A stretch of 64,000 nt of DNA from Flectonema sp. DT1601 (lineage: Eukaryota). Of the stretch, positions 23,949 to 37,600 are shown piece by piece. Numbering within the stretch: position 1 is the stretch's first letter; each line of letters opens with the position of its first letter. The stretch spans positions 1,240,001 to 1,304,000 of the forward strand of contig OZ025792.1 of the NCBI GenBank assembly GCA_964019425.1, read 5' to 3'. A program made the position numbers and the translations under genes. Under the pieces are notes generated by a model that was given only the letters and a program-made list of their open reading frames with translations, made no database searches and was not told the origin of the DNA.

Positions 23949-25199
23949 CTACATTGGTGAATCCGATGATGTTAGACCCAACATCTCACTGTTTATTATT
24001 ATTTTAATTGGTTTATAATATTCTATCAACAGGCAAAGAATAGAAATAACATACCGACGCTTGCGCAACCTTTCAAGAAGTTCATCGAGCGGAGGAGGAG
24101 AAGAATCAGCAGGGGATGCAATCATAGAAATTGGTGTGGTGTTAGGAGCAGGTGACTTTGGTGAAATCGTACCCAACGGCATGGCTCCGTAACCTCCAAA
24201 AGAGTTAACAGGGCCAGTGTCTTGAGTGACTGATTTCTTCTTTTCTTCAGCAGCATGTGCAATCTTAACAGATCTCGGGTTCAGATGTGGCGTCGGCTGA
24301 AGGGAATCTTCTTCGATTTTCTGCATTTCAGTTCGTAGATTCTCTCTCCGTTTTTCACGCTTTGCCCTCCACTCGTCAGTTCGCATCGCTAACGGTTTGT
24401 CGCTACTCTTCGATCGCTTTGCCAAAGTTGAAATTTCTGGTTTGCGCATCAACTTCTTGTCATGTTCTTCTTCGACCTTCTTTCTGTTGGCAATTTCACT
24501 TTCGCGTTTTTTCTTTTGTGCCATTCCTCTACTGTATAGATCTCTTCCACCAGCATCCTGAATAGCACCACCACAACCATTATTCATGCCAGGAACTGAT
24601 GGTCTTGAAAACCTCGGTGAGTCTGTTCTACGAGAAGAGTGGAGTGGCGTTGAGTGAGCAGCTTGTTCGATGTGAGGTTGCGGCTCGTCGTACGGTTGGA
24701 ACTCACTCATCTGGACGATAGGATGTGCGCTGGTTTCTGGGAGGTCGAGGGAACCCAAGGTCAAGTCAATTCCGAAAGTTTCATCTTTCTTGGTGATTGC
24801 AGTGGCATTCATTGAATCGTCAAGTGATATTGCTACTGAATCAAGTGATACCCCCTGGTAGTTAGCGAGGGCTTGCGTGTTTCTTTCAAGTCTGACAGCA
24901 TCTTTCTGCAAAGTTTCAATTGATGAAGTCAAAGTTTTCAAAGTACTCGTCGTCAGATCCTTCAACTGTCTTTCATGACCTGCTCCACCAGACCCTCTGA
25001 GGGATACCATCTCTTCTCTCATTTCATGAAGAAGTTGTGCGTGACCTAATAGAAGTGCTCCTTGTTTCTCAATAAGACTACCTTGGTGTTTTACAGTTGT
25101 TCTTAGTTCACCCAACTCCCTCATCATATTAGAGTTGTTAGACATAGTTGTGGATGTTGGCGTCTTTGACCTCCCAACTGGGGTGGCTGAGCGCGGCAT
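23949..25199 (-). CDS. Hypothetical coiled-coil protein, 2 exons (24055-25199, 23949-23988)
   Basis: Long ORF containing a 66-nt in-frame intron (23989-24054; GTATGT...AAACAG) that the ORF track reads through. Confidence 0.7.
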   Translation of the reverse strand: MPRSATPVGRSKTPTSTTMSNNSNMMRELGELRTTVKHQGSLIEKQGALLLGHAQLLHEMREEMVSLRGSGGAGHERQLKDLTTSTLKTLTSSIETLQKDAVRLERNTQALANYQGVSLDSVAISLDDSMNATAITKKDETFGIDLTLGSLDLPETSAHPIVQMSEFQPYDEPQPHIEQAAHSTPLHSSRRTDSPRFSRPSVPGMNNGCGGAIQDAGGRDLYSRGMAQKKKRESEIANRKKVEEEHDKKLMRKPEISTLAKRSKSSDKPLAMRTDEWRAKREKRRENLRTEMQKIEEDSLQPTPHLNPRSVKIAHAAEEKKKSVTQDTGPVNSFGGYGAMPLGTISPKSPAPNTTPISMIASPADSSPPPLDELLERLRKRRYVISILCLLIEYYKPIKIIINSEMLGLTSSDSPM

Positions 25200-27154
25200 T
25201 TCCTATTACAAATATAGACTTCAAAAGTATCACCTTTTTAGAAGACACCTTTTGAGAAATAATTGAGCTCAGCAACAGCCCTCGTTCGTGTAATGTTCCT
25301 GAAATGGGGAATAATGGATAACTGAATTCAATTATTTTTAAAAAAAAAATGAAAAAGGACAAAAAGACAAAAAAAATAATAATAATGTATTATGTTGGTC
25401 AGTGGGGTTGGAAAGTTGTTTGCCTAAAGTAGTCACTAACGCGCAAACTACACAGCACGCTGCCACACTCCAACACAAAAAACGAGACTCAAAACTAACA
25501 AAAACAAATACCAACTTGGAACAAGATTCAAGTGTGAAACTGTAGTAATTTAACATGTGGATACTATCTTTTATTTTATATAATTGTACCCCTTACAAAC
25601 ACATCCTATTTGTGTTCTAACTTAACCGTTTAATTCAGACAACTGAAACAGAAAGAGAGAAAAAGAAATCTACAAAAGAAATTAAAAAGAAATGGTCAGT
25701 TTTCATGGCAGAAAGACATAAGAAAAGAATTAGAAAAGAAAAGAGAAATATGAAAAAACGGCATCGCAACCTCGTTGGTTAATTCACCAAAGGCTTCGAA
25801 CTGGGTACGTTTTTTCATATTTCAAGGAAATAAAGATTATTTATATTGAAAAATACGATACGCTAGAGATTCTAATCTGGAATTGTCCAGTTTCATTTCC
25901 TTTTGTTTTTTTCCCCCTCCTTTCTTTCTTTTAACTCAATGCTTGCATGCAGTGGAACGTGCCGGGCTTATAGCCTACCTCACGAAGATATGAGTATACC
26001 TATTGTAAACTAACGTAACAAGACAGTAACGATGGCATGAAGCCGACCACTGTCAGTCACGCAGTTTAATAATAAATATTTTTATTCGAAAGAACTGAAA
26101 AAATATGGAAAAGGGGAAAATATAAAATAAATTAAACAAAAAACTCGACAACAGTAAGATGAAAGTTATCACAAAGAGAAGACAGTAAAGGAAAAGTATC
26201 ATACAAATGGAACCGCAGGATTAATTCTTACTTCAGCGTGGTGTCAACCTGGCATGTAGCCGACTGAAGAACATATTAAACCCATCAACAACAGAACCTA
26301 TGATTGGCTCATTTTTTCCCACAACGCAGTACCAAACCAACAAGTAACTAGGAAGGAAGTGAATGGTGGCTTGAAGCCAGTTGCCTCATAAGGCTATAAA
26401 TAAATAAAGTTAACCAGATTCAACACTCTACAGGGAGGTAGTGGGAAGAAATAACTGGGGGAAAAGAAAAGAACCCGAAGGCACAGAAGAGCAAGACAAC
26501 ACAAAAGCGAATCGGTCATTCATTTTGAACCGATGTTCTTTTTGTTTTGTTTGTTTCTTCTATTTTACTTAACGTGGGTATCAGAAAATGAATAAGAGAG
26601 GAATAGTTAATAAACTACCACATGAACGGATGCACCGAAGAGAATGAAATTCCTCTTAAGGGACCCCTTTGTGCAGTAGCATAAAACAATGAAAATCACG
26701 ACCTGTTTTGGTGGGAATAGGAAAAAAGAAAAAAAAAAAGGGTTGAAAGGCAAACTAGCTAAACCATTCACAGCTGGGGTGCTGTGGATACGTTTTTTTT
26801 TTTTTTTTTTTTCTCTGTGTCATGGCTGTAGCGCCTATATGGCTCTTTAAATAAAAGGCTGAGGTTGAAAAAAAAAAACATCTACAGCTCACCAAAAAAT
26901 AGCACATATTTTTATTAAAAGAGCCATGTCGAACAAAAACTATGGTCTAACCATGTTGTGTTTTTATAACATAAAGAGTTTAAGAAAAGAATAATATACA
27001 TAAATAGAAAAACCGTAATAACAAAGTCGGTAACTATGCCATTGCATGAAATGACTTTCGTGGTAGCTTCTTAAGAAGCAACGGTCGATTAGAACGCTCT
27101 AAAGTCTTTAAGAGACCTTTAATTAATCCAAAGGTGATTAAGAAATAATTTTTA

Positions 27155-30100
27155 TCACACTCCCTCACGAGGGGTTAACGTTGCTGTGCTCTGGCTAAGT
27201 CGTTTGGCATCCGTCGAGTGTTCCATTTGTTTGATTAATTTGTCAGCGCTTTTCCAAGTGACTTGGAATGCAACATTACTCATTACTGCAGCAGAAAATA
27301 AAATCCAACACCCCGGAAGCAGATCTGCTCCGACATTAAAACACTTCGCAGATGGGAGGGCGAGGGGTCCCTGCAGGTCTGACATGATTGTGTTAATTTG
27401 ATCACAAGCTGACCCGATCATGAATTGCGAGAATTCAGGTATTTCCATCAACGCTGCAATCAGAGCAACAACAAATACTTCCAAACTAGACCAAGCTGCG
27501 ATTATTTCATTAGAAAAAAATAATAACTTTTGTTCTCTAATCCTCAATGGTGCTAACCAAAGTACTCCAAGTAAAAACAGTTGCAAGACGGGCATGCAGA
27601 AGGCGAACAAGACAAATGCAAACATGAGATAGAAATAACCCATATATCCAGCCATGCTAGGCCCAGCCTGATTCCACATTGCAACGGCTACAGAGAACAC
27701 TGAATAAGGTTTGTGTTGAGAATTAGGATCGGTGGCAAGTAAAAAACCACCAGCAAGACCTTCAAATTGAAAAGAAAAACTGTGAACTGAACATCCAAGA
27801 AGAACCAGTGTCAAGGCGACAAATAACAGAAAAACTACAAAAAATGAAACGACAGGATTTTGAAAGGATGAGAGCACTCTACGAGTTGGATCACTTTTTC
27901 CAACCTGAAGCCACGACTGTTTATAACCTTCATCATACTCAAGACAGTTTCTGTGGCAGATTATCTGAATATGATTAAGTATTAAAGTAGCAATAGCAGC
28001 TGTTAAGAATCCATACATTCCATAACAAGGATCAATAACTAATTCCACATCAAATGTCGAAGGTGTTGTAAACTCCCATTCGGGACTCGGCAAAAACGAC
28101 ATTCTAAAAGCGACCATCATCATTACCATCATAAAGTCATCAACAAGAGACCATTTACCTAATATATCAATCACCCTTAGAACATATCCACGTGTTCCAC
28201 GACTGATTCTTTCTGGAGAAACAAACCAACAAAACAGTAATATCAATAGTTTTACGTACGGCCAAACTCCAGAGAACACTGCAACGATAACACCCAAAGC
28301 GTAGGCCTTGCCATTGTACATGTTGCTTATTGTAGACGCCAAGGTGTATTGAAAAACATTATTGAGTCTTACTTCTGAACCAAAAAGAAGTACAACAGCG
28401 TGGACTCGAGCACCCAATAAGATATTTGCCGTTAGAAATACTGCTGTTGTCATTAATATACCAATCGGCATTCCAACGCGAACTTTAAGAGGTATCGCTG
28501 GATGGCAGTATAATGCTTTATATTTCGATTCATAAATCTCAGGTGCCAGGAGATCTTCAGTCTCGCTGGGGGTTTCGGAGTCAGCGTCGGTGTCGCAGCC
28601 TTTTTGGATTTCATTCACATCGGAGTTGGATCTGCTGTCAACTGAATTCTTACTCTTACAACAACCAATAGTAAGGAATATTAAACCAATAAATAAAGCT
28701 GTTCCATAAACACCAACAAATACTTCCCAATTCTGCATTGCATCAGATACCTCTGTGTGTTCATGAGTTGGGGTTGGTGTCGGTGGAGATGATGTCAACT
28801 CAGTCATGTCGACATCACACGAACGACCTGCTCTTTGAATTACATTATTGAGAATGTGTTGTGTAGCATTCCTTCCCATAATTGTATTTATTATTTTAGA
28901 CATGTTGTTGAGTCCGTTAGTTAATTGAAGACGTCCACCATGACTTTGAAAAGCGTTAATAAAGTCCTCAAGACCAGGAAGTCCAAGTTGACTGTGCACT
29001 GAGACTTTAGTTGATATAATTTCACTCATATGAAACAAAAAGTCTTGAATCTGAAATCCGTTGTTCACATCCAATAATGATATCAAACAACTCGGGCTAA
29101 ACAACTTTGAGATCGGAAGACTGCGATACTGCTTACGAAGTAGTTTTGTTACAGTTGTCAACCCGGCGTTTAAATCTGAAAATGTGATATTCAGCGAAAG
29201 CTTACCTTCAAATGGAGGCTGATCGTTACCTCCTGTAAATGAAATATTCAACATCGATATAATGAAATTTAAATCAAATAACGAAGCAGAGCTATTCAAG
29301 TTTGTCGCAACAAAATCTGGGACAAGAATTTTTACTGAATCTTGTTGTTGATTAAGGTTTGATACAGATAGTTGTTTGATGTGAATTGAGAGAACACCTC
29401 CTCCAATTGGTAGCGATCCACCCACAACATGATTAAGAATGTTGTATTCACTAATACCTAAAGTATTCAGTAAAGCTGACAATGACATCCCGTGTCCAGA
29501 TGAAAACAAACCGTTTACAATCCAATCAGCAGCATCTATAACAATACTCTCATTTAGTTGAATATATTTATTATTATTATTGTCAGGTATCTTAGATGGA
29601 GGAGTACAGTTGCATTTACTTTGATTCATAAAAGGATTGAGAACATCACTAACAATCTTATCAACAGAAGTAACTTCAGATCCAATCACATACGGAACTT
29701 TATATCTCAACACATCTAAACTAAAGATAGAATTCATAATTGTTAACATTCCATTGATAGGTTTATCCAAACCTGGGATAATTCCAGACTGTGATAAACT
29801 TGATAAACTTGAAGCCTTCACAGTCACTGTGGAAATATTAAATCCAATTAAGGGAAACGTCAAACACTCTACGTACTTTATCAGTGGTAAGATTCCTTTA
29901 GACTTTGGAAAATTCAAATCCGCAATAAATATTTCCGATAATCTACTTGGGTCTGCTGCCATCAACATCGATAATGAAATTGATAATTCCTTCAAACCAG
30001 ACAAAGTGATTACAGCGTTAGATGAAACATTAAATCCCGTGACAGGATTTGTTAAAGTCACCAGTAACTTCACATCCGCACTGATGTCAGTTAGAGTTGC

Positions 30101-31153
30101 TGTCGTAAAGATTGAATAGTTACCAACAGATTTTAAATCAATATCAGCAACTGAATCCAACCCATGCAACATAACTTCCGTAACAGAAACCTTCACACCA
30201 ATGTCACTATCATCTATCACTGTGATGTCATCCATTCCAATCTCGTTTAGTATGTTCCATTCTTCATTTCCATGTTGATCTTCAGTTGTCTGATCAATAA
30301 CAGCAGTATTCTGTTTTTCATCTCTCACAGGGGATCGAACTGAGTCGCTGAAATGATGACTCATCGGAAGCTGCTTAGAACGGTATAAAATCATAGAATT
30401 CGGATAATCGACAGGTTGGTGTGGATGGTCACCCCAAAGAGAGGAGTCGTCTACTGACATGCCAAATGCTGTTTTTCCAGATGGCTGTGGAGCTGAGAGG
30501 ACATTAGTTGCAATATTAGAAATTATATTTAAAGTCTTTGATTTATTAGTGTTGAATAATGAATGACCGATGTTGGAATATTTCTGTTCTTGGATTGCTG
30601 CGACATCGTTTGGGTTGGGGTCGTAGACGTGTGAACGCATTTGTTTTTTCAATTTCAATACTTCATTGAAAAGACTACCAGGAATACTCTTCCAACAAAA
30701 AACAGAAGCAAGATTATGATTAATCCATTCTTTTACTACTGTTCTTGTTAGATAAGAGAATCCAGTTATGGTTGTTTTAGTTTTCTTAATCTCTGAATGA
30801 CAGTAGCCGTATGCCCAGTCACTGTTGTTATGAACAGAACTCACACTTGAATTGTACTGCAAATCCTTTATTTGAATAGAAATGTTTCCAGCATCTCCCT
30901 TCCCAACTGTAACAGAGAGTTCTGTTGTTAAATCACATTCAAGTTGTACATTTACTTCATCTGAATCTCCGTTACTAATCACCAGATTTGAGATGGTTAC
31001 GTCCGATACTGTCCCTGGTCCTATTTTTATATTATTTGTTACATTCATATCAGGTATACTGAATACTCGATCTTGCAGTAAGTTATTTATTGTTGTGTAG
31101 TCATCAGCTGTAGAAGAGGCTGCCATCACTATCAATAAAGCACTTAGTATCAT
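27155..31153 (-). CDS. Large membrane protein with a lumenal/extracellular beta-rich N-terminus and two PqiA-like multi-TM domains
   Basis: Signal peptide MILSALLIVMAASS at ATG 31153. PqiA-like motifs FSGVWPYVKL...LGKWSLVDDFM and MPVLQL...AAWSSLEVFVVAL. Multiple hydrophobic helices in the C-terminal third. Confidence 0.75.
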   Translation of the reverse strand: MILSALLIVMAASSTADDYTTINNLLQDRVFSIPDMNVTNNIKIGPGTVSDVTISNLVISNGDSDEVNVQLECDLTTELSVTVGKGDAGNISIQIKDLQYNSSVSSVHNNSDWAYGYCHSEIKKTKTTITGFSYLTRTVVKEWINHNLASVFCWKSIPGSLFNEVLKLKKQMRSHVYDPNPNDVAAIQEQKYSNIGHSLFNTNKSKTLNIISNIATNVLSAPQPSGKTAFGMSVDDSSLWGDHPHQPVDYPNSMILYRSKQLPMSHHFSDSVRSPVRDEKQNTAVIDQTTEDQHGNEEWNILNEIGMDDITVIDDSDIGVKVSVTEVMLHGLDSVADIDLKSVGNYSIFTTATLTDISADVKLLVTLTNPVTGFNVSSNAVITLSGLKELSISLSMLMAADPSRLSEIFIADLNFPKSKGILPLIKYVECLTFPLIGFNISTVTVKASSLSSLSQSGIIPGLDKPINGMLTIMNSIFSLDVLRYKVPYVIGSEVTSVDKIVSDVLNPFMNQSKCNCTPPSKIPDNNNNKYIQLNESIVIDAADWIVNGLFSSGHGMSLSALLNTLGISEYNILNHVVGGSLPIGGGVLSIHIKQLSVSNLNQQQDSVKILVPDFVATNLNSSASLFDLNFIISMLNISFTGGNDQPPFEGKLSLNITFSDLNAGLTTVTKLLRKQYRSLPISKLFSPSCLISLLDVNNGFQIQDFLFHMSEIISTKVSVHSQLGLPGLEDFINAFQSHGGRLQLTNGLNNMSKIINTIMGRNATQHILNNVIQRAGRSCDVDMTELTSSPPTPTPTHEHTEVSDAMQNWEVFVGVYGTALFIGLIFLTIGCCKSKNSVDSRSNSDVNEIQKGCDTDADSETPSETEDLLAPEIYESKYKALYCHPAIPLKVRVGMPIGILMTTAVFLTANILLGARVHAVVLLFGSEVRLNNVFQYTLASTISNMYNGKAYALGVIVAVFSGVWPYVKLLILLFCWFVSPERISRGTRGYVLRVIDILGKWSLVDDFMMVMMMVAFRMSFLPSPEWEFTTPSTFDVELVIDPCYGMYGFLTAAIATLILNHIQIICHRNCLEYDEGYKQSWLQVGKSDPTRRVLSSFQNPVVSFFVVFLLFVALTLVLLGCSVHSFSFQFEGLAGGFLLATDPNSQHKPYSVFSVAVAMWNQAGPSMAGYMGYFYLMFAFVLFAFCMPVLQLFLLGVLWLAPLRIREQKLLFFSNEIIAAWSSLEVFVVALIAALMEIPEFSQFMIGSACDQINTIMSDLQGPLALPSAKCFNVGADLLPGCWILFSAAVMSNVAFQVTWKSADKLIKQMEHSTDAKRLSQSTATLTPREGV

Positions 31154-31620
31154 TTTTTCGGTAATATGGAAAACTGTTTTAATGAAAAAAATGAAACATA
31201 ACACCGACATTCTAATAAACAATGTGTGACTACAGTGTATAACACTGCGAATTGTTTTCTTATGAAAGGGCTTAAATATGGCTTTAAAGGGGAGGGGAAG
31301 GGGGTGAGCCTGAATTACGTAAACGACAATCAAAATTATTAGTAACCGACTATGAACAAGTGGTAGGGGGGTGTAGCAACCCACCCGTTAAGCAAAAGGA
31401 ACGGGTTGCATTGGGTGCCATTGCAGGCACAAATATATTAAGAAAACGACTTTTTAAAAAAAAGATAAAAAGAGAAGGAAATCATTTCATAATTTAACGA
31501 TGGAAATCCGGAAATGAAAATGAAACAAATCGATACGACTATTTGAGTGTTGTGTTTGCAGAAAGGAGAGGGTTGTACGGAATGAAGTCATCGTACCACC
31601 GAAAATTTAAAATAACCAAA

Positions 31621-34600
31621 TTACGTATCACTATTCAAACAACAAGCAACAGAATTCAACACCCAATGAGATAAATGTTCTGATGTTGATAAGTCTGCAT
31701 CAAAAACATGACCAACACCAGCAGCACTCTTCCTTCCTTGAGTTACATAAACTGGAGTTAAGAATGTTCCAGCTCGTTTTATTTTAGCTGTCTCTTTTGG
31801 AATGATGGCCAATATTGGTAAATCAACAATAAGTTGTTTAGCAGCCTGAACACCTAATTGGTGTTTGTCACTATCCCAACTTGCTCCTTCCAAATACAAC
31901 CCACGGACATAGGCACCATCTTCTAAACGTGTTTTCACATCTTTTGCGGTTTTAAAGTCAGTTACACGAGTAAAGATACTTGACTTATCAAGAGGCCATT
32001 TGTATTTACGACATGTAGTTTGTACGAGAGCCGCAATATAAGAATCAGGAATCATAATACCTGATAGCCATATCACTGTAGGTTCACCATTATCAATCCA
32101 TTCTGAGTATTGAGCATGTCTCGATTTAAAATGGATAATCCAAGATCCCAGACCTTTTCTAGTGTCTGGTGCCTTTCTTCTCCATGACGGAGGTAGAGCT
32201 CCACTTAAAAGAGCGGATGCTAACTCATCGAGGTCAGCACTCATTCCGATTACACCTGCTAAAGCTTTGAGAAGTTCTTTTAAAGAGTCGACCATTGTTG
32301 TTACTAAAGTATTCCACCTTTCTATCTCTTGAAGAAGAACTACCTGTGCTGGTGATAAGAATCCATCTGATTCTGCTTTCTTCTTTTGTTGCATCATTAC
32401 GAGTTTTCTATCAATTGGTGCTGGGACTTGTGATGTGATTTCTTCACTGAGTTTCTTAAGTTGGTCATCTTTACTTTCTCCTCCACCAGAGCTAGCAGTA
32501 GCACTAGATCCACTAACAGCTTGAACCTGAAGAAGATTACCCCAAAGTGATCTAGTCATGGTTGTTAAATATCCAATCTCTGCATTCGGATGTAATCCAA
32601 ACACTTCAGGACTGTTATCATTTCTCATCTCACGAATCTGATTAACATACGCCTCTCTTGGTAGTTCTTGTGAGAAGTCTGTACTTCCTGTTATGATTTG
32701 TGGTGTTTTGATACGAACAATAATAACAATAATAATAACTATAAAAACATACCAACAGGTAAAGAGTAATCACACTCCGAATCCATGTAGAAATGAAACG
32801 GTTGAAAGGTATCGAAGAGGAAGTCACCAAAGTACTCTTGAAGATAAACAAGAACTACTCTGCGATCCCAGTCATCAGAAACACGTCCTCCGTACATTGC
32901 TTCTCCAACAAGGTAACGAAGTGTCTCCCAAGGAATTCCAGATTGATCTTCCCAAGCCTTTGTTAAGTAAGTGCACATTAGTAACATGGAAATTGTAAAA
33001 TCAGTTTCGTTAAAATCATAAATAACATTCCATCCTAACTTTCCATACTTGCGGCGCTCCTGTACGACAGCATGGAAGAATGCGAGAGTAAAGACTAAAG
33101 GTTTGAAAGCAGGATGGGGACACTCTTCTAGAACCTCTTCTGTTACCTTAACAAAGTTCATCGTCATATTCATTTTAAGACCATCAGGTGGTTCAAATAC
33201 AACTTTTAGAGATCTTTGTAAGATACCAAGTGGAAACCCTTCAGAAGGCTCTGTTGTTAACCAAAGTCTAAACTCTGGATGTGGTTTAGCGTCACGCTTT
33301 TCAAGAGTCTTCTCAATTTCTTTCATCCAATCAATTAATAAATGACAATTCTGTAACAGAACCCAATGCCCACGTACTGAACCTTGTTCTACTAAGTTCA
33401 TAGCAATTGATCCTTGACCTTGACCAAGAGAGAGAGCCTTCAGTCTTGAGTCTTTCATTTCCATTCTCTGAGCTAACTTATCAATTTCTTCTGTTGGATT
33501 AGCACCGGGTGTTGTTATACAAACAATTGGACTGGTAGCTGAACTCTGAGCGAATACATCCCTCAAATCAGGTTTATACGGAATAGCGTATGTTGGTCCT
33601 AACTCAGGAGTTACACTAATAAAGTTACCGACAGCTAAGTAAACCCTGTCAACTCTAAAACAACGAAGAAGACAGAGCTTCTGAAATGGATTTAATGACG
33701 TGTCGTACCCACCTGGTAATATAACCTTCTCTCCTTCAGGTGCTTGAAGACAAAACCAATCATGCCAAGTATCCGCATTGTTGGTCAACACTGTTGGAAG
33801 GTTTGCAAAAGCGTCAGATGTAAGACTAAGTCTGCATAAGTCATTCCAAGCTAATTCTGTTATCCAACTTAATGATGGTTTTGGTGGAAAGTTCTTATCT
33901 GGAAGAACACATCCTTTCAGAAAGAAGTCAAGTTCATTAGGATTCATTGCATCATGACCACCTAGAATACGAGCTGTCATAAGAAATGCAAACAACCTAA
34001 CATGAACTTGGAATATTCCCATACAAACATATTGATATAAACATCTTGTGAGATACACAATAATATTCTCAAGTCGTTGTTCAGGTTCAAAGTGTCCTTC
34101 AGATCTTTCTAAAGAGACTTTAAAGACGTCATGAAGGAAAGCAGCTAATGAATATTCATACATACTATTGATGGCTGATATTCCAGCGATACAAAAGAAT
34201 AGAATTGCTCCTCGTTTTGCGACAGGTAGGTAGTCTTGCCTGGCTCTGTCGATGTCTTTCTTAGTAGCGAGGGCTGATTCTAATTTCTGTGCGATGTCTT
34301 CAGCAGAACACTTTGTCTCTTCCAACGTTGAAATGAGGTCGTCGTTGTCAATAATCTCACCTTGAGCAAGAGATAATTCTCTAATCAATGTGTCCTCTAA
34401 TTGTTGAAGAGTTTGTTTGTTCTCAGCCATGCTATGAATCAACTCTTCACTATGTCTCGCTAAGTCATTTCTTTCACTCAGAACAACTTCATTCAGAAGT
34501 TGGTCTCTAAGACCATCAAGAGTTACTCCGAAATTAATGACCATACTCTTACCAAAGATCTCAGGGGTGTAGTTTGGGTTGCTAAGTTTTGTAGTCATAA

Positions 34601-37600
34601 ATAGTCGGAAACTGTTGTCGTATTCAACTAACTTGTCTCCAACTTTTATAAGTTTCTGTCCGGATTGATAAACGAATTTCTTTTCCAAAACCGGATCTAA
34701 AATAGGATCGATAAACTCATCGACATTCTCAAACAGAAATGGATTCCCGTATTGAACTGCTGCTTCGAGACGCTTTGGAAAACCTGATTTTTGTTTTGTT
34801 TTGAATTGCATTCGTAAAACGAAGAGTTAAAGTAAGTAAGACTAATGCACATACTGGGCTCTGCGAACGTCGCAACCTCAAATTTCGGACTCTTTTCGAA
34901 CATTCGTTTAATCCATCCAACAGCTTGTTTTTGAGGATCAACACAGAGTGGGAATGTTGAAGCTCTGGTAGCTAAGATACCATTTTGAATAGACAGCTCA
35001 TCAGATGGAAGTCCATCAGCGTTCCACTTTGAAATCAACACATCAGTTGTGAGTAGTTTTTGAAGGCTGAAATCCTCATTCTGTTTGTTGGGTATTAATT
35101 GTAACATTATAAGGCTGTGAGGAATAATATAAACTGAATGGAGAAAATTTAAACAACAAAAACAAACCATTTCAATCTCCCTTTCTTGCACGTCAGACCG
35201 AAGCGTTCCGAGAATTTCTTCTCTAAAGTTAAATGTGAAGGCTCCAAGGTATGACAAGAACGAAGCGCCTAACAGACAATCACCAATAAGCTTTTTTCGA
35301 GACTTTCCGAGACGTTCAAAGTCGTCATGCCAACGCTGACGTTCTGAGGCAAGTCCACCGATGAGACGCTTGGCGTTGTTGAGTCTCTTTTGCATGACTT
35401 GAGCATCTGCTTCTAATCGTTTTGCTTCAGCCTGACCTCTGTCGAGACGCTCTGTTAACATTTCCTTCATATCATTGAGAGCACGTACTTCAGCTCTGAG
35501 GTATTCTAATTCTTTCTCTAGCTGTGCGAGGTTCTTCTCAAGTCTCTGAACAAGTAATTTCTTAGGTTCAACTTTTTTAGCGACAGAATAAAACGATACC
35601 AAAGACATAACCCATCCATACAGACCAGCTGCAGCAATAGAAGCTGCTTCAATAGATTTATCATTTAGATCTTTATTACGAGCTCTGATAGCATTGACTG
35701 CAGTTACTCGTTTTTCAGTTAAAGAATCTTTTGGGAACTTCTTTAACTTTTCCGTGACGAAGTTCGGGTTTTGAAGATCGGCCTTACAATTTGCCCAGGA
35801 AGCTGTCTTACCCTGAATGACACAATACATCTCTGCTACAGCAACGATCTTTTCGGAGGGTTTGGCAAAGGTTCGAAGCTCATCCATATCCTTCTTCTGG
35901 ATTTTATCAAGCTCTTTTTCGGCTGCCATAACTGCTGGCATTGCCTCTTCGAGTACCTCTTCTGCTTCTTTCATGTTTTGCATGACATTAGTTTTTGTTT
36001 CTGCGACCTCCTTTTCTCGACCTGTCGCTTTTTCTGATTTGTCTTCAGCGTCTGCTTGCTTTTTAGACAAGTCGAGAACTAATTCATCATTGGCACGCTT
36101 CATCTCATCCAAGTGGACTTGTTGCTCACTCATTTTGATTTGCATGTCGACGACTGTTTCAGCCGCGTCCTTCAGTCGATCTAAACCAGTTCGGAGTTTA
36201 CGACGGAGTTCATCGATGCGAGTTCGATTCTCATCCAAGAGAGAAGTATAGTTACTGATGTAGTCTAAGAAGTTTTTAGGAGTGACGTAATGAAGTCGTT
36301 TCATTGTATCTTTATAAATACCACATTGGATATCACAAGTTAGATGAGTGTAGACCATGTGTTCAACAACTAACTCTTTCAGTACTGGTGATAACGTGTC
36401 GTCACCAGTATCTGGTTTCTTGTCTCCCATCTCTTTCATCGCAGCTTTTTCATTTTCAGCAATCTTTCGTTTTTCATAATCCTCAAGATATCTGAATGAG
36501 ACAGCATTGAGTGCCTGATCAGGCCACTTTGAAAACCAATCAATAACTGTATTGTTAACAAGTGCTGGGAAGTTTCTACAACGTGTGCGTAACTTATCTC
36601 CTGAAGGAGACATTGATAACACAATGTGAAGATTGTCTCGACATCTTGATACGAATGTATTCCATTTGTTATCTTTTGTTGGTATTAACCCGAGTGCTTC
36701 ACACTCAGCAGCTACAGCATTGTAACAAGCATCCTTTTCATCATCCGCAAAGAGTGCAGGAACCATTCCTGATGCCAACATATTATTAACAGCCTCTAAG
36801 AACCCTTCCTGAACAACATGACTGTCAGTGAAGAGGAAGACAACTTTACTGCCGTCATTTTCAACACCTGCAATTCGGTAAAGATCCTTTAGATTTTCAC
36901 GAAATGAATCTTCGTTGTATCCTCTGGTGATTGTTATTTCAAACACCTGAGAGATACCAGCAGCATGAGTCCCTAAATGAGTAAGAGATTGCTTACCAGA
37001 CCCACCAACACCAACTAAGAGAGCATTACCACGAGGTAGAGTAAGAATTCTTACAATTCTTACTAAGTGATCGAGAGCCATATCAAACATTACTAATGAC
37101 ATCTTCATTGAAGGAGTGTTGTACTCATCAAGAATTAATTCAGCGAGTTCTCTAACAGTTTGATAGTTTCCCATATCATCGTATAGACAGAGCCTGTCGT
37201 CAGCATCAAAGTCACTGAAGTCACCAAACAGGATTGGGTCTTTCAGAATATAATCTTCATCAGCAGCGTAGTGTTCTGAAATCAGTTTCTTTATTTTAGA
37301 AACGACGACCATTTTGTCTTCAAGATCTGGCATACGATCGTGGAATACTCGAAGAACTTCATTCCTCCAAAGTCTGATCATCTGAGCTGGGGTGTCAAAA
37401 GCGTCCTGTGTCATTCTACACATTCCTTCATACACTCTTGATAAATCTCTTAAGTTAAATAGGTAATGGAATTTAGCTGGAGTTGGAGGAAGTTTCTCAC
37501 ATAGTAAACTGTACACACTCATAGTGAGTTGACATACGCGGGGAACGTTTGATAATAACGCTGCTGAATTAGGTCCGTCAAAAGAAGACAAATGTGATTT

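Noticed and set aside
25560..27150. 1.6-kb gene-free stretch with a possible small spliced gene near 26200-26520
   Set aside because: No convincing reading frame after trying plausible splice sites; more likely UTR or intergenic DNA.
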